A DNA stretch of 64,000 bases from Eledone cirrhosa (Eukaryota): the NCBI GenBank assembly GCA_964016885.1, contig OZ024742.1:360716001-360780000 (forward strand), given 5' to 3'. A model generated the notes under the pieces. The model made no database searches and was not told where the DNA came from. It saw only the letters and a list, made by a program, of their open reading frames with translations. The translations under genes were made by a program, and so were the position numbers. Below are positions 32,759-47,700 of the stretch, one piece after another. Within the stretch, counting starts at the first letter, position 1; the number at the start of each line of letters is the position of its first letter.

Positions 32759-35700
32759 GTTATAGCAGTGACTGTTATAGTAGAGACTGGTATAGTAGAG
32801 ACTGTTTTAGTAGAGACTGTTATAGCAGTGACTGGTATAGTAGAGACTGTTTTAGTAGAGACTGTTATAGCAGTGACTGGTATAGTAGAGACTGTTTTAG
32901 TAGAGACTGTTATAGCAGTGACTGGTATAGTAGAGACTGTTATAGTAGAGACTGTTATAGCAGTGACTGTTATAGTAGTGACTGGTATAGTAGAGACTGG
33001 TATAGTAGAGACTGGTATAGTAGAGACTGGTATAGTAGAGACTGTTATAGCAGTGACTGGTATAGTAGAGACTGGTATAGTAGAGACTGTTATAGCAGTG
33101 ACTGTTATAGCAGTGACTGTTATAGTAGTGACTGGTATAGTAGAGACTGGTATAGTAGTGACTGTTATAGTAGTGACTGTTATAGTAGAGACTGTTATAG
33201 CAGTGACTGGTGTAGTAGAGACTGGTATAGTAGAGACTGTTATAGTAGTGACTGGTATAGTAGAGACTGTTATAGTAGAGACTGTTATAGCAGTGACTGT
33301 TATAGTAGAGACTGGTATAGTTGAGACTGGTATAGTAGAGACTGGTATAGTAGAGACTGGTATAGTAGAGACTGGTATAGTAGAGACTGGTATAGTAGAG
33401 ACTGGTATAGTAGTGGCTGGTATAGTAGTGACTGGTATAGTAGTGACTGTTATAGTAGTGACTGTTATAGTAGAGACTGTTATAGTAGTGACTGTTATAG
33501 TAGTGACTGTTATAGTAGTGACTGTTATAGTAGTGACTGTTATAGTAGAGACTGTTATAGTAGTGACTGTTATAGTAGAGACTGGTATAGTAGTGACTGG
33601 TATAGAAGTGACTGTTATAGTAGTGACTGTTATAGTAGAGACTGGTATAGTAGTGACTGTTATAGTAGTGACTGTTATAGTAGAGACTTATAGTAGAGAC
33701 TGGTATAGTAGAGATTGTTATAGTAGAGACTGTTATAGTAGTGACTGTTATAGTAGTGACTGGTATAGTAGTGACTAGTATAGCAGTGACTGGTATAGTA
33801 GAGACTGTTATAGTAGTGACTGGTATAGTAGTGACTGGTATAGTAGAGACTGGTATAGTAGAGACTGTTATAGTAGTGACTGGTATAGCAGTGACTGTTA
33901 TAGCAGTGACTGTTATAGTAGAGACTGTTATAGCAGTGACTGTTATAGCAGTGACTGTTATAGTAGTGACTGTTATAGTAGTGACTGGTATAGTAGTGAC
34001 TGGTATAGCAGTGACTGGTATAGCAGAGACTGTTATAGTAGTGACTGTTATAGTAGTGACTGTTATAGTAGTGACTGTTATAGTAGAGACTGTTATAGCA
34101 GTGACTGTTATAGCAGTGACTGTTATAGCAGTGACTGGTATAGTAGTGACTGGTATAGTAGAGACTGGTATAGTAGAGATTGTTATAGTAGAGACTGTTA
34201 TAGTAGTGACTGTTATAGTAGTGACTGGTATAGTAGTGACTGGTATAGCAGTGACTGGTATAGCAGTGACTGGTATAGTAGTGACTGGTATAGTAGAGAC
34301 TGTTATAGTAGTGACTGGTATAGTAGTGACTGGTATAGTAGTGACTGGTATAGTAGTGACCGTTATAGTAGAGACTGGTATAGTAGAGACTGGTATAGTA
34401 GTGACTTTTATAGTAGGGACTGGTATTGTAGTGACTGGTATAGTAGTGACTGGTATAGCAGTGACTGGTATAGCAGTGACTTTTATAGTAGAGACTGTTA
34501 TAGTAGAGACTGTTATAGTAGAGACTGTTATTGTAGAGACTGGTATAGTAGAGACTGGTATAGTAGAGACTGGTATAGTAGTGACTGGTATAGTAGAGAC
34601 TGGTATAGTAGAGACTGGTATAGTAGAGACTGTTATAGTAGAGACTGGTATAGTAGAGACTGGTATAGTAGAGACTGTTATAGTAGAGACTGTTATAGTA
34701 GTGACTGTTATAGTAGAGACTGTTATAGTAGAGACTGTTATAGTAGAGACTGTTATAGTAGAGACTGGTATAGTAGAGACTGTTATAGTAGAGACTGGTA
34801 TAGTAGTGACTGTTATAGTAGAGACTGTTATAGTAGAGACTGTTATAGTAGTGACTGGTATAGTAGAGACTGTTATAGTAGAGACTGTTATAGTAGAGAC
34901 TGTTATAGTAGTGACTGTTATAGTAGAGACTGTTATAGTAGAGACTGTTATAGCAGTGACTGGTATAGTAGAGACTGTTATAGTAGTGACTGTTATAGTA
35001 GAGACTGGTATAGTGGAGACTGGTATAGTAGAGACTGTTATAGTAGAGACTGGTATAGTAGAGACTGTTATAGTAGAGACTCTTATAGTAGAGACTGTTA
35101 TGGTAGAGACTGTTATAGTACAGACTGTTATAGTAGAGACTGTTATAGTAGAGACTGGTATAGTAGAGACTGTTATAGCAGTGACTGTTATAGTAGAGAC
35201 TGTTATAGTAGTGACTGTTATAGTAGTGACTGGTATAGTAGTGACTGGTATAGTAGAGACTGTTATAGTAGAGACTGGTATAGTAGACACTGTTATAGTA
35301 GTGACTGTTATAGTAGAGACTGTTATAGTAGAGACTGTTATAGTAGTGACTGGTATAGTAGAGACTGTTATAGTAGTGACTGTTATAGTAGAGACTGTTA
35401 TAGTAGTGACTGTTATAGTAGTCACTGTTATAGTAGAGACTGGTATAATAGTGACTGTTATAGTAGTGACTGTTATAGTAGAGACTGTTATAGTAGAGAC
35501 TGTTATAGTAGAGACTGTTATAGTAGTGACTGGTATAGTAGTGACTGGTATAGTAGTGACTGGTATAGTAGAGACTGTTATAGTAGTGACTGGTATAGTA
35601 GTGACTGGTATAGTAGTGACTGGTATAGTAGTGACCGTTATAGTAGAGACTGGTATAGTAGAGACTGGTATAGTAGTGACTGTTATAGTAGAGACTGGTA

Positions 35701-38700
35701 TAGTAGAGACTGGTATAGTAGAGACTGTTATAGTAGTGACTGTTATAGTAGTGACTGTTATAGCAGTGACTTTTATAGTAGGGACTGGTATTGTAGTGAC
35801 TGGTATAGTAGTGACTGGTATAGTAGTGACTGGTATAGCAGTGACTTTTATAGTAGAGACTGTTATAGTAGAGACTGGTATAGTAGAGACTGTTATAGTA
35901 GTGACTGTTATAGTAGTGACTGTTATAGTAGTGACTGGTATTGTAGTGACTGTTATAGTAGTGACTGGTATAGTAGTGACTGTTATAGTAGTGACTGGTA
36001 TAGTAGTGACTGTTATAGTAGTGACTGGTATAGTAGTGACTGGTATTGTAGTGACTGTTATAGCAGTGACTGTTATAGTAGTGACTGGTATTGTAGTGAC
36101 TGTTATAGTAGAGACTGGTATAGTAGTGACTGTTATAGTAGTGACTGGTATAGTAGAGACTGGTATAGTAGTGACTGTTATAGTAGAGACTGTTATAGCA
36201 GTGACTGTTATAGTAGAGACTGGTATAGTAGTGACTGTTATAGTAGAGACTGTTATAGTAGAGACTGTTATAGTAGAGACTGGTATAGTAGTGACTGTTA
36301 TAGTAGAGACTGGTATAGTAGAGACTGTTATAGTAGAGACTGGTATAGTAGAGACTGGTATAGTAGTGACTGGTATAGTAGTGACTGGTATAGTAGAGAC
36401 TGGTATAGTAGAGACTGTTATAGTAGAGACTGGTATAGTAGTGACTGTTATAGTAGAGACTGGTATAGTAGAGACTGTTATAGTAGAGACTGGTATAGTA
36501 GAGACTGGTATAGTAGAGACTGTTATAGTAGAGACTGGTATCGTAGTGACTGTTATAGTAGAGACTGGTATAGTAGAGACTGTTATAGTAGAGACTGTTA
36601 TAGTAGAGACTGGTATAGTAGTGACTGGTATAGTAGAGACTGTTATAGTAGAGACTGTTATAGTAGAGACTGTTATAGTAGAGACTGTTATAGCAGTGAC
36701 TGGTATAGTAGAGACTGTTATAGTAGTGACTGGTATATAGTAGAGACTGTTATAGTAGTGACTGGTATAGTAGAGACTGTTATAGCAGTGACTGGTATAG
36801 TAGTGACTGTTATAGTAGTGACTGGTATAGTAGTGACTGTTATAGTAGAGACTGTTATTGTAGAGACTGGTATAGTAGAGACTGGTATAGTAGTGACTGG
36901 TATAGTAGAGACTGGTATAGTAGAGACTGGTATAGTAGAGACTGGTATAGTAGAGACTGTTATAGTAGAGACTGTTATAGTAGTGACTGTTATAGTAGAG
37001 ACTGTTATAGTAGAGACTGTTATAGTAGAGACTGTTATAGTAGAGACTGGTATAGTAGAGACTGTTATAGTAGAGACTGGTATAGTAGTGACTGTTATAG
37101 TAGAGACTGTTATAGTAGTGACTGGTATAGTAGAGACTGTTATAGTAGAGACTGTTATAGTAGAGACTGTTATAGTAGTGACTGTTATAGTAGAGACTGT
37201 TATAGTAGAGACTGTTATAGCAGTGACTGGTATAGTAGAGACTGTTATAGTAGTGACTGTTATAGTAGAGACTGGTATAGTGGAGACTGGTATAGTAGAG
37301 ACTGTTATAGTAGAGACTGGTATAGTAGAGACTGTTATAGTAGAGACTCTTATAGTAGAGACTGTTATGGTAGAGACTGTTATAGTACAGACTGTTATAG
37401 TAGAGACTGTTATAGTAGAGACTGGTATAGTAGAGACTGTTATAGCAGTGACTGTTATAGTAGAGACTGTTATAGTTGTGACTGTTATAGTAGTGACTGG
37501 TATAGTAGTGACTGGTATAGTAGAGACTGTTATAGTAGAGACTGGTATAGTAGACACTGTTATAGTAGTGACTGTTATAGTAGAGACTGTTATAGTAGAG
37601 ACTGTTATAGTAGTGACTGGTATAGTAGAGACTGTTATAGTAGTGACTGTTATAGTAGAGACTGTTATAGTAGTGACTGTTATAGTAGTCACTGTTATAG
37701 TAGAGACTGGTATAATAGTGACTGTTATAGTAGTGACTGTTATAGTAGAGACTGTTATAGTAGAGACTGTTATAGTAGAGACTGTTATAGTAGTGACTGT
37801 TATAGTAGTGACTGTTATAGTAGAGACTGTTATAGTAGAGACTGGTATAATAGTGACTGTTATAGTAGTGACTGTTATAGTAGAGACTAGTATAATAGTG
37901 ACTGTTATAGTAGAGACTGTTATAGTAGAGACTGGTATAATAGTGACTGTTATAGTAGTGACTGTTATAGTAGAGACTGGTATAATAGTGACTGTTATAG
38001 TAGAGACTGGTATAATAGTGACTGTTATAGTAGAGACTGTTATAGTAGAGACTGGTATAATAGTGACTGTTATAGTAGAGACTGTTATAGTAGAGACTGG
38101 TATAGTAGTGACTGGTATAGTAGTGACTGTTATAGTAGAGACTGTTATAGTAGAGACTGGTATAGTAGAGACTGGTATAGTAGTGACTGTTATAGTAGTG
38201 ACTGTTATAGTAGAGACTGGTATAGTAGAGACTGGTATAGTAGTGACTGGTATAGTAGAGACTGTTATAGTAGAGACTGTTATAGTAGTGACTTTTATAG
38301 TAGAGACTGGTATAGTAGTGACTGTTATAGTAGAGACTGGTATAGTAGAGACTGGTATAGTAGAGAATGTTATAGTAGAGACTGTTATAGTAGTGACTGG
38401 TGTAGTAGTGACTGTTATAGTAGTGACTGTTATAGTAGAGACTGGTATAGTAGAGACTGGTATAGTAGTGACTGTTATAGTAGAGACTGGTATAGTAGAG
38501 ACTGGTATAGTAGAGAATGTTATAGTAGAGACTGTTATAGTAGTGACTGGTGTAGTAGTGACTGTTATAGTAGTGACTGTTATAGTAGTGACTGGTGTAG
38601 TAGTGACTGTTATAGTAGTGACTTTTATAGTAGAGACTGGTATAGTAGAGACTGGTATAGTAGAGACTGTTATAGCAGTGACTGGTATAGTAGAGACTGG

Positions 38701-41700
38701 TATAGTAGAGACTGTTATAGCAGTGACTGTTATAGCAGTGACTGTTATAGTAGTGACTGGTATAGTAGAGACTGGTATAGTAGTGACTGTTATAGTAGTG
38801 ACTGTTATAGTAGAGACTGTTATAGCAGTGACTGGTGTAGTAGAGACTGGTATAGTAGAGACTGTTATAGTAGTGACTGGTATAGTAGAGACTGTTATAG
38901 TAGAGACTGTTATAGCAGTGACTGTTATAGTAGAGACTGGTATAGTTGAGACTGGTATAGTAGAGACTGGTATAGTAGAGACTGGTATAGTAGAGACTGG
39001 TATAGTAGAGACTGGTATAGTAGAGACTGGTATAGTAGTGGCTGGTATAGTAGTGACTGTTATAGTAGTGACTGTTATAGTAGTGACTGGTATAGTAGTG
39101 ACTGTTATAGTAGTGACTGGTATAGTAGTGACTGTTATAGTAGTGACTGTTATAGTAGAGACTGTTATAGTAGTGACTGTTATAGTAGTGACTGTTATAG
39201 TAGTGACTGTTATAGTAGTGACTGTTATAGTAGAGACTGTTATAGTAGTGACTGTTATAGTAGAGACTGGTATAGTAGTGACTGGTATAGAAGTGACTGT
39301 TATAGTAGTGACTGTTATAGTAGAGACTGGTATAGTAGTGACTGTTATAGTAGTGACTGGTATAGTAGTGACTGTTATAGTAGAGACTTATAGTAGAGAC
39401 TGGTATAGTAGAGATTGTTATAGTAGAGACTGTTATAGTAGTGACTGTTATAGTAGTGACTGGTATAGTAGTGACTAGTATAGCAGTGACTGGTATAGTA
39501 GAGACTGTTATAGTAGTGACTGGTATAGTAGTGACTGGTATAGTAGAGACTGGTATAGTAGAGACTGTTATAGTAGTGACTGGTATAGCAGTGACTGTTA
39601 TAGCAGTGACTGTTATAGTAGAGACTGTTATAGCAGTGACTGTTATAGCAGTGACTGTTATAGTAGTGACTGTTATAGTAGTGACTGGTATAGTAGTGAC
39701 TGGTATAGCAGTGACTGGTATAGCAGAGACTGTTATAGTAGTGACTGTTATAGTAGTGACTGTTATAGTAGTGACTGTTATAGTAGAGACTGTTATAGCA
39801 GTGACTGTTATAGCAGTGACTGTTATAGCAGTGACTGGTATAGTAGTGACTGGTATAGTAGAGACTGGTATAGTAGAGATTGTTATAGTAGAGACTGTTA
39901 TAGTAGTGACTGTTATAGTAGTGACTGGTATAGTAGTGACTGGTATAGCAGTGACTGGTATAGCAGTGACTGGTATAGTAGTGACTGGTATAGTAGAGAC
40001 TGTTATAGTAGTGACTGGTATAGTAGTGACTGGTATAGTAGTGACTGGTATAGTAGTGACCGTTATAGTAGAGACTGGTATAGTAGAGACTGGTATAGTA
40101 GTGACTTTTATAGTAGGGACTGGTATTGTAGTGACTGGTATAGTAGTGACTGGTATAGCAGTGACTGGTATAGCAGTGACTTTTATAGTAGAGACTGTTA
40201 TAGTAGAGACTGTTATAGTAGAGACTGTTATTGTAGAGACTGGTATAGTAGAGACTGGTATAGTAGAGACTGGTATAGTAGTGACTGGTATAGTAGAGAC
40301 TGGTATAGTAGAGACTGGTATAGTAGAGACTGGTATAGTAGAGACTGTTATAGTAGAGACTGGTATAGTAGAGACTGGTATAGTAGAGACTGTTATAGTA
40401 GAGACTGTTATAGTAGTGACTGTTATAGTAGAGACTGTTATAGTAGAGACTGTTATAGTAGAGACTGTTATAGTAGAGACTGGTATAGTAGAGACTGTTA
40501 TAGTAGAGACTGGTATAGTAGTGACTGTTATAGTAGAGACTGTTATAGTAGAGACTGTTATAGTAGTGACTGGTATAGTAGAGACTGTTATAGTAGAGAC
40601 TGTTATAGTAGAGACTGTTATAGTAGTGACTGTTATAGTAGAGACTGTTATAGTAGAGACTGTTATAGCAGTGACTGGTATAGTAGAGACTGTTATAGTA
40701 GTGACTGTTATAGTAGAGACTGGTATAGTGGAGACTGGTATAGTAGAGACTGTTATAGTAGAGACTGGTATAGTAGAGACTGTTATAGTAGAGACTCTTA
40801 TAGTAGAGACTGTTATGGTAGAGACTGTTATAGTACAGACTGTTATAGTAGAGACTGTTATAGTAGAGACTGGTATAGTAGAGACTGTTATAGCAGTGAC
40901 TGTTATAGTAGAGACTGTTATAGTAGTGACTGTTATAGTAGTGACTGGTATAGTAGTGACTGGTATAGTAGAGACTGTTATAGTAGAGACTGGTATAGTA
41001 GACACTGTTATAGTAGTGACTGTTATAGTAGAGACTGTTATAGTAGAGACTGTTATAGTAGTGACTGGTATAGTAGAGACTGTTATAGTAGTGACTGTTA
41101 TAGTAGAGACTGTTATAGTAGTGACTGTTATAGTAGTCACTGTTATAGTAGAGACTGGTATAATAGTGACTGTTATAGTAGTGACTGTTATAGTAGAGAC
41201 TGTTATAGTAGAGACTGTTATAGTAGAGACTGTTATAGTAGTGACTGGTATAGTAGTGACTGGTATAGTAGTGACTGGTATAGTAGAGACTGTTATAGTA
41301 GTGACTGGTATAGTAGTGACTGGTATAGTAGTGACTGGTATAGTAGTGACCGTTATAGTAGAGACTGGTATAGTAGAGACTGGTATAGTAGTGACTGTTA
41401 TAGTAGAGACTGGTATAGTAGAGACTGGTATAGTAGAGACTGTTATAGTAGTGACTGTTATAGTAGTGACTGTTATAGCAGTGACTTTTATAGTAGGGAC
41501 TGGTATTGTAGTGACTGGTATAGTAGTGACTGGTATAGTAGTGACTGGTATAGCAGTGACTTTTATAGTAGAGACTGTTATAGTAGAGACTGGTATAGTA
41601 GAGACTGTTATAGTAGTGACTGTTATAGTAGTGACTGTTATAGTAGTGACTGGTATTGTAGTGACTGTTATAGTAGTGACTGGTATAGTAGTGACTGTTA

Positions 41701-44700
41701 TAGTAGTGACTGGTATAGTAGTGACTGTTATAGTAGTGACTGGTATAGTAGTGACTGGTATTGTAGTGACTGTTATAGCAGTGACTGTTATAGTAGTGAC
41801 TGGTATTGTAGTGACTGTTATAGTAGAGACTGGTATAGTAGTGACTGTTATAGTAGTGACTGGTATAGTAGAGACTGGTATAGTAGTGACTGTTATAGTA
41901 GAGACTGTTATAGCAGTGACTGTTATAGTAGAGACTGGTATAGTAGTGACTGTTATAGTAGAGACTGTTATAGTAGAGACTGTTATAGTAGAGACTGGTA
42001 TAGTAGTGACTGTTATAGTAGAGACTGGTATAGTAGAGACTGTTATAGTAGAGACTGGTATAGTAGAGACTGGTATAGTAGTGACTGGTATAGTAGTGAC
42101 TGGTATAGTAGAGACTGGTATAGTAGAGACTGTTATAGTAGAGACTGGTATAGTAGTGACTGTTATAGTAGAGACTGGTATAGTAGAGACTGTTATAGTA
42201 GAGACTGGTATAGTAGAGACTGGTATAGTAGAGACTGTTATAGTAGAGACTGGTATCGTAGTGACTGTTATAGTAGAGACTGGTATAGTAGAGACTGTTA
42301 TAGTAGAGACTGTTATAGTAGAGACTGGTATAGTAGTGACTGGTATAGTAGAGACTGTTATAGTAGAGACTGTTATAGTAGAGACTGTTATAGTAGAGAC
42401 TGTTATAGCAGTGACTGGTATAGTAGAGACTGTTATAGTAGTGACTGGTATATAGTAGAGACTGTTATAGTAGTGACTGGTATAGTAGAGACTGTTATAG
42501 CAGTGACTGGTATAGTAGTGACTGTTATAGTAGTGACTGGTATAGTAGTGACTGTTATAGTAGAGACTGTTATTGTAGAGACTGGTATAGTAGAGACTGG
42601 TATAGTAGAGACTGGTATAGTAGTGACTGGTATAGTAGAGACTGGTATAGTAGAGACTGGTATAGTAGAGACTGGTATAGTAGAGACTGTTATAGTAGAG
42701 ACTGTTATAGTAGTGACTGTTATAGTAGAGACTGTTATAGTAGAGACTGTTATAGTAGAGACTGTTATAGTAGAGACTGGTATAGTAGAGACTGTTATAG
42801 TAGAGACTGGTATAGTAGTGACTGTTATAGTAGAGACTGTTATAGTAGTGACTGGTATAGTAGAGACTGTTATAGTAGAGACTGTTATAGTAGAGACTGT
42901 TATAGTAGTGACTGTTATAGTAGAGACTGTTATAGTAGAGACTGTTATAGCAGTGACTGGTATAGTAGAGACTGTTATAGTAGTGACTGTTATAGTAGAG
43001 ACTGGTATAGTGGAGACTGGTATAGTAGAGACTGTTATAGTAGAGACTGGTATAGTAGAGACTGTTATAGTAGAGACTCTTATAGTAGAGACTGTTATGG
43101 TAGAGACTGTTATAGTACAGACTGTTATAGTAGAGACTGTTATAGTAGAGACTGGTATAGTAGAGACTGTTATAGCAGTGACTGTTATAGTAGAGACTGT
43201 TATAGTAGTGACTGTTATAGTAGTGACTGGTATAGTAGTGACTGGTATAGTAGAGACTGTTATAGTAGAGACTGGTATAGTAGACACTGTTATAGTAGTG
43301 ACTGTTATAGTAGAGACTGTTATAGTAGAGACTGTTATAGTAGTGACTGGTATAGTAGAGACTGTTATAGTAGTGACTGTTATAGTAGAGACTGTTATAG
43401 TAGTGACTGTTATAGTAGTCACTGTTATAGTAGAGACTGGTATAATAGTGACTGTTATAGTAGTGACTGTTATAGTAGAGACTGTTATAGTAGAGACTGT
43501 TATAGTAGAGACTGTTATAGTAGTGACTGTTATAGTAGTGACTGTTATAGTAGAGACTGTTATAGTAGAGACTGGTATAATAGTGACTGTTATAGTAGTG
43601 ACTGTTATAGTAGAGACTAGTATAATAGTGACTGTTATAGTAGAGACTGTTATAGTAGAGACTGGTATAATAGTGACTGTTATAGTAGTGACTGTTATAG
43701 TAGAGACTGGTATAATAGTGACTGTTATAGTAGAGACTGGTATAATAGTGACTGTTATAGTAGAGACTGTTATAGTAGAGACTGGTATAATAGTGACTGT
43801 TATAGTAGAGACTGTTATAGTAGAGACTGGTATAGTAGTGACTGGTATAGTAGTGACTGTTATAGTAGAGACTGTTATAGTAGAGACTGGTATAGTAGAG
43901 ACTGGTATAGTAGTGACTGTTATAGTAGTGACTGTTATAGTAGAGACTGGTATAGTAGAGACTGGTATAGTAGTGACTGGTATAGTAGAGACTGTTATAG
44001 TAGAGACTGTTATAGTAGTGACTTTTATAGTAGAGACTGGTATAGTAGTGACTGTTATAGTAGAGACTGGTATAGTAGAGACTGGTATAGTAGAGAATGT
44101 TATAGTAGAGACTGTTATAGTAGTGACTGGTGTAGTAGTGACTGTTATAGTAGTGACTGTTATAGTAGAGACTGGTATAGTAGAGACTGGTATAGTAGTG
44201 ACTGTTATAGTAGAGACATTGATAGTAGTGACTGGTATAGTAGAGACTGTTATAGTAGTGACTGTTATAGTAGTGACTGTTATAGTAGTGACTGGTATAG
44301 TAGAGACTGTGATAGTAGAGACTGTTATAGTAGAGACTGTTATAGTAGTGACTGTTATAGTAGTGACTGTTATAGTAGTGACTGGTATAGTAGTGACTTG
44401 TATAGTAGAGACTGTTATAGTAGTGACTGTTATACTAGTGACTGTTATAGTAGAGACTGTTATAGCAGTGACTGTTATAGTAGTGACTGTTATAGTAGAG
44501 ACTGTTATAGTAGAGACTGGTATAGTAGAGACTGTTATAGCAGTGACTGTTATAGTAGAGACTGTTATAGTAGAGACTGTTATAGTAGTGACTGTTATAG
44601 TAGTGACTGTTATAGTAGTGACTGGTATAGTAGAGACTGGTATAGTAGAGACTGTTATAGTAGAGACTGGTATAGTAGAGACTGTTATAGTAGTGACTGT

Positions 44701-47700
44701 TATAGTAGAGACTGTTATAGTAGAGACTGTTATAGTAGTGACTGGTATAGTAGAGACTGTTATAGTAGTGACTGTTATAGTAGAGACTCTTATAGTAGAG
44801 ACTGCTATAGTAGTGACTGTTATAGTAGTGACTGTTATAGTAGTGACTGGTATAGTAGAGACTGGTATAGTAGTGACTGTTATAATAGTGACTGTTATAG
44901 TAGTGACTGTTATAGTAGAGGCTGTTATAGTAGAGACTGGTATAGTAGAGACTGGTATAGTAGAGACTGTTATAGCAGTGACTGGTATAGTAGAGACTGT
45001 TATAGTAGAGACTGGTATATAGTAGAGACTGTTATAGTAGTGACTGGTATAGTAGAGACTGTTATAGTAGAGACTGTTATAGCAGTGACTGGTATAGTAG
45101 AGACTGTTATAGTAGAGACTGTTATAGTAGAGACTGTTATAGTAGAGACTGTTATAGTAGAGACTGGTATAGTAGAGACTGGTATAGTAGAGTCTGGTAT
45201 GGTAGAGACTGGTATGGTAGAGACTGTTATAGTAGAGACTGTTATAGTAGAGACTGTTATAGTAGAGACTGGTATAGTAGAGACTGGTATAGTAGAGACT
45301 GTTATAGTAGAGACTGGTATAGTAGAGACTGGTATAGTAGTGACTGTTATAGTAGAGACTGTTATAGTAGAGACTGTTATAGTAGTGACTGGTATAGTAG
45401 AGACTGTTATAGTAGTGACTGTTATAGTAGAGACTGGTATAGTAGAGACTGTTATAGCAGTGCCTGTTATAGTAGTGACTGTTATAGTAGAGACTGGTAT
45501 AGTAGAGACTGTTATAGTAGAGACTGTTATAGTAGTGACTGTTATAGTAGTGACTGTTATAGTAGAGACTGTTATAGTAGAGACTGGTATAGTAGAGACT
45601 GGTATAGTAGAGACTGGTATAGTAGTGACTGGTATAGTAGAGACTGTTATAGTAGAGACTGGTATAGTAGAGACTGGTATAGTAGAGACTGTTATAGTAG
45701 AGACTGTTATTGTAGTGACTGTTATAGTAGAGACTGTTATAGTAGAGACTGGTATAGTAGAGACTGTTATAGTAGAGACTGGTATAGTAGAGACTGTTAT
45801 AGTAGTGACTGTTATAGTAGAGACTGTTATAGTAGAGACTGTTATAGTAGTGACTGGTATAGTAGAGACTGGTATAGTAGATACTGTTATAGCAGTGACT
45901 GGTATAGTAGAGACTGTTATAGTAGTGACTGTTATAGTAGAGACTGGTATAGTAGATACTGTTATAACAGTGACTGGTATAGTAGAGACTGTGATAGTAG
46001 AGACTGTTATAGCAGTGACTGGTATAGTAGTGACTGTTATAGTAGAGTCTGTTATGGTAGTGACTGGTATAGTAGAGACTTTTATAGTAGAGACTGTTAT
46101 AGTAGAGACTGGTATAGTAGAGACTGGTATAGTAGAGACTGGTATAGTAGAGACTGTTATAGTAGTGACTGGTATAGTAGTGACTTGTATAGTAGAGACT
46201 GGTATAGTAGTGACTGTTATAGTAGTGACTGGTATAGCAGTGACTGGTATAGTAGAGACTGTTATAGTAGTGACTGTTATAGTAGTGACTGTTATAGTAG
46301 AGACTGTTATAGTAGAGACTGTTATAGTAGTGACTGGTATAGTAGTGACTGTTATAGTAGAGACTGTTATAGTGGTAACTGGTATAGTAGAGACTGTTAT
46401 AGTAGAGACTGTTATAGTAGAGACTGTTATAGTAGTGACTGTTATAGTAGAGACTGTTATAGTAGAGACTGTTATAGTAGTGACTGTTATAGTAGTGACT
46501 GGTATAGTAGAGACTGGTATAGTAGAGACTGTTATAGTAGAGACTGTTATAGGAGTGACTGTTATAGTAGAGACTGTTATAGTAGAGACTGTTATAGTAG
46601 AGACTGTTATAGTAGTGACTGGTATAGTAGTGACTGTTATAGTAGTGACTGGTATAGTAGTGACTGGTATAGTAGAGACTGTTATAGTAGAGACTGTTAT
46701 AGTAGAGACTGGAATAGTAGTGACTGTTATAGTAGAGACTGTTATAGTAGAGACTGGTATAGTAGAGACTGTTATAGTAGAGACTGTAATAGTAGAGACT
46801 GGTATAGTAGAGACTGTTATAGTAGTGACTGTTATAGTAGAGACTGTTATAGTAGAGACTGTTATAGTAGTGACTGGTATAGTAGTGACTGTCATAGTAG
46901 AGACTGGTATAGTAGAGACTGTTATAGTAGTGACTGGTATAGTAGTGACTTGTATAGTAGAGACTGGTATAGTAGTGACTGGTATAGTAGTGACTGGTAT
47001 AGTAGTGACTGTTATAGTAGAGACTGTTATAGTAGAGACTGGTATAGTAGAGACTGTTATAGTACAGACTTATAGTAGAGACTGGTATAGTAGTGACTGT
47101 TATAGTAGAGACTGTTATAGTAGAGACTGGTATAGTAGAGACTGGTACAGTAGGGACTGGTATAGTAGAGACTGTTATAGTAGAGACTGGTATAGTAGAG
47201 ACTGGTATAGTAGAGACTGTTATAGTAGAGACTGGTATAGTAGAGACTGGTATAGTAGTGACTGGTATAGTAGAGACTGTTATAGTAGAGACTGTTATAG
47301 TAGAGACTGTTATAGTAGTGACTGTTATAGTAGAGACTGTTATAGTAGTGACTGTTATAGTAGTGACTGTTATAGTAGAGACCGTTATAGTAGTGACTGT
47401 TATGGTAGAGACTGTTATAGTAGAGACTGGTATAGTAGTGACTGGTATAGTAGAGACTGGTATAATAGTGACTGTTATAGTAGTGACTGTTATAGTAGAG
47501 ACTGTTATAGTAGAGACTGTTATAGTAGTGACTGTTATAGTAGAGACTGTTATAGTAGAGACTGGTATAGTAGTGACTGTTATAGTAGAGACTGGTATAA
47601 TTGTGACTGTTATAGTAGAGACTGGTATAATAGTGACTGTTATAATAGTGACTGTTATAATAGTGACTGTTATAGTAGAGACTGGTATAATAGTGACTGT

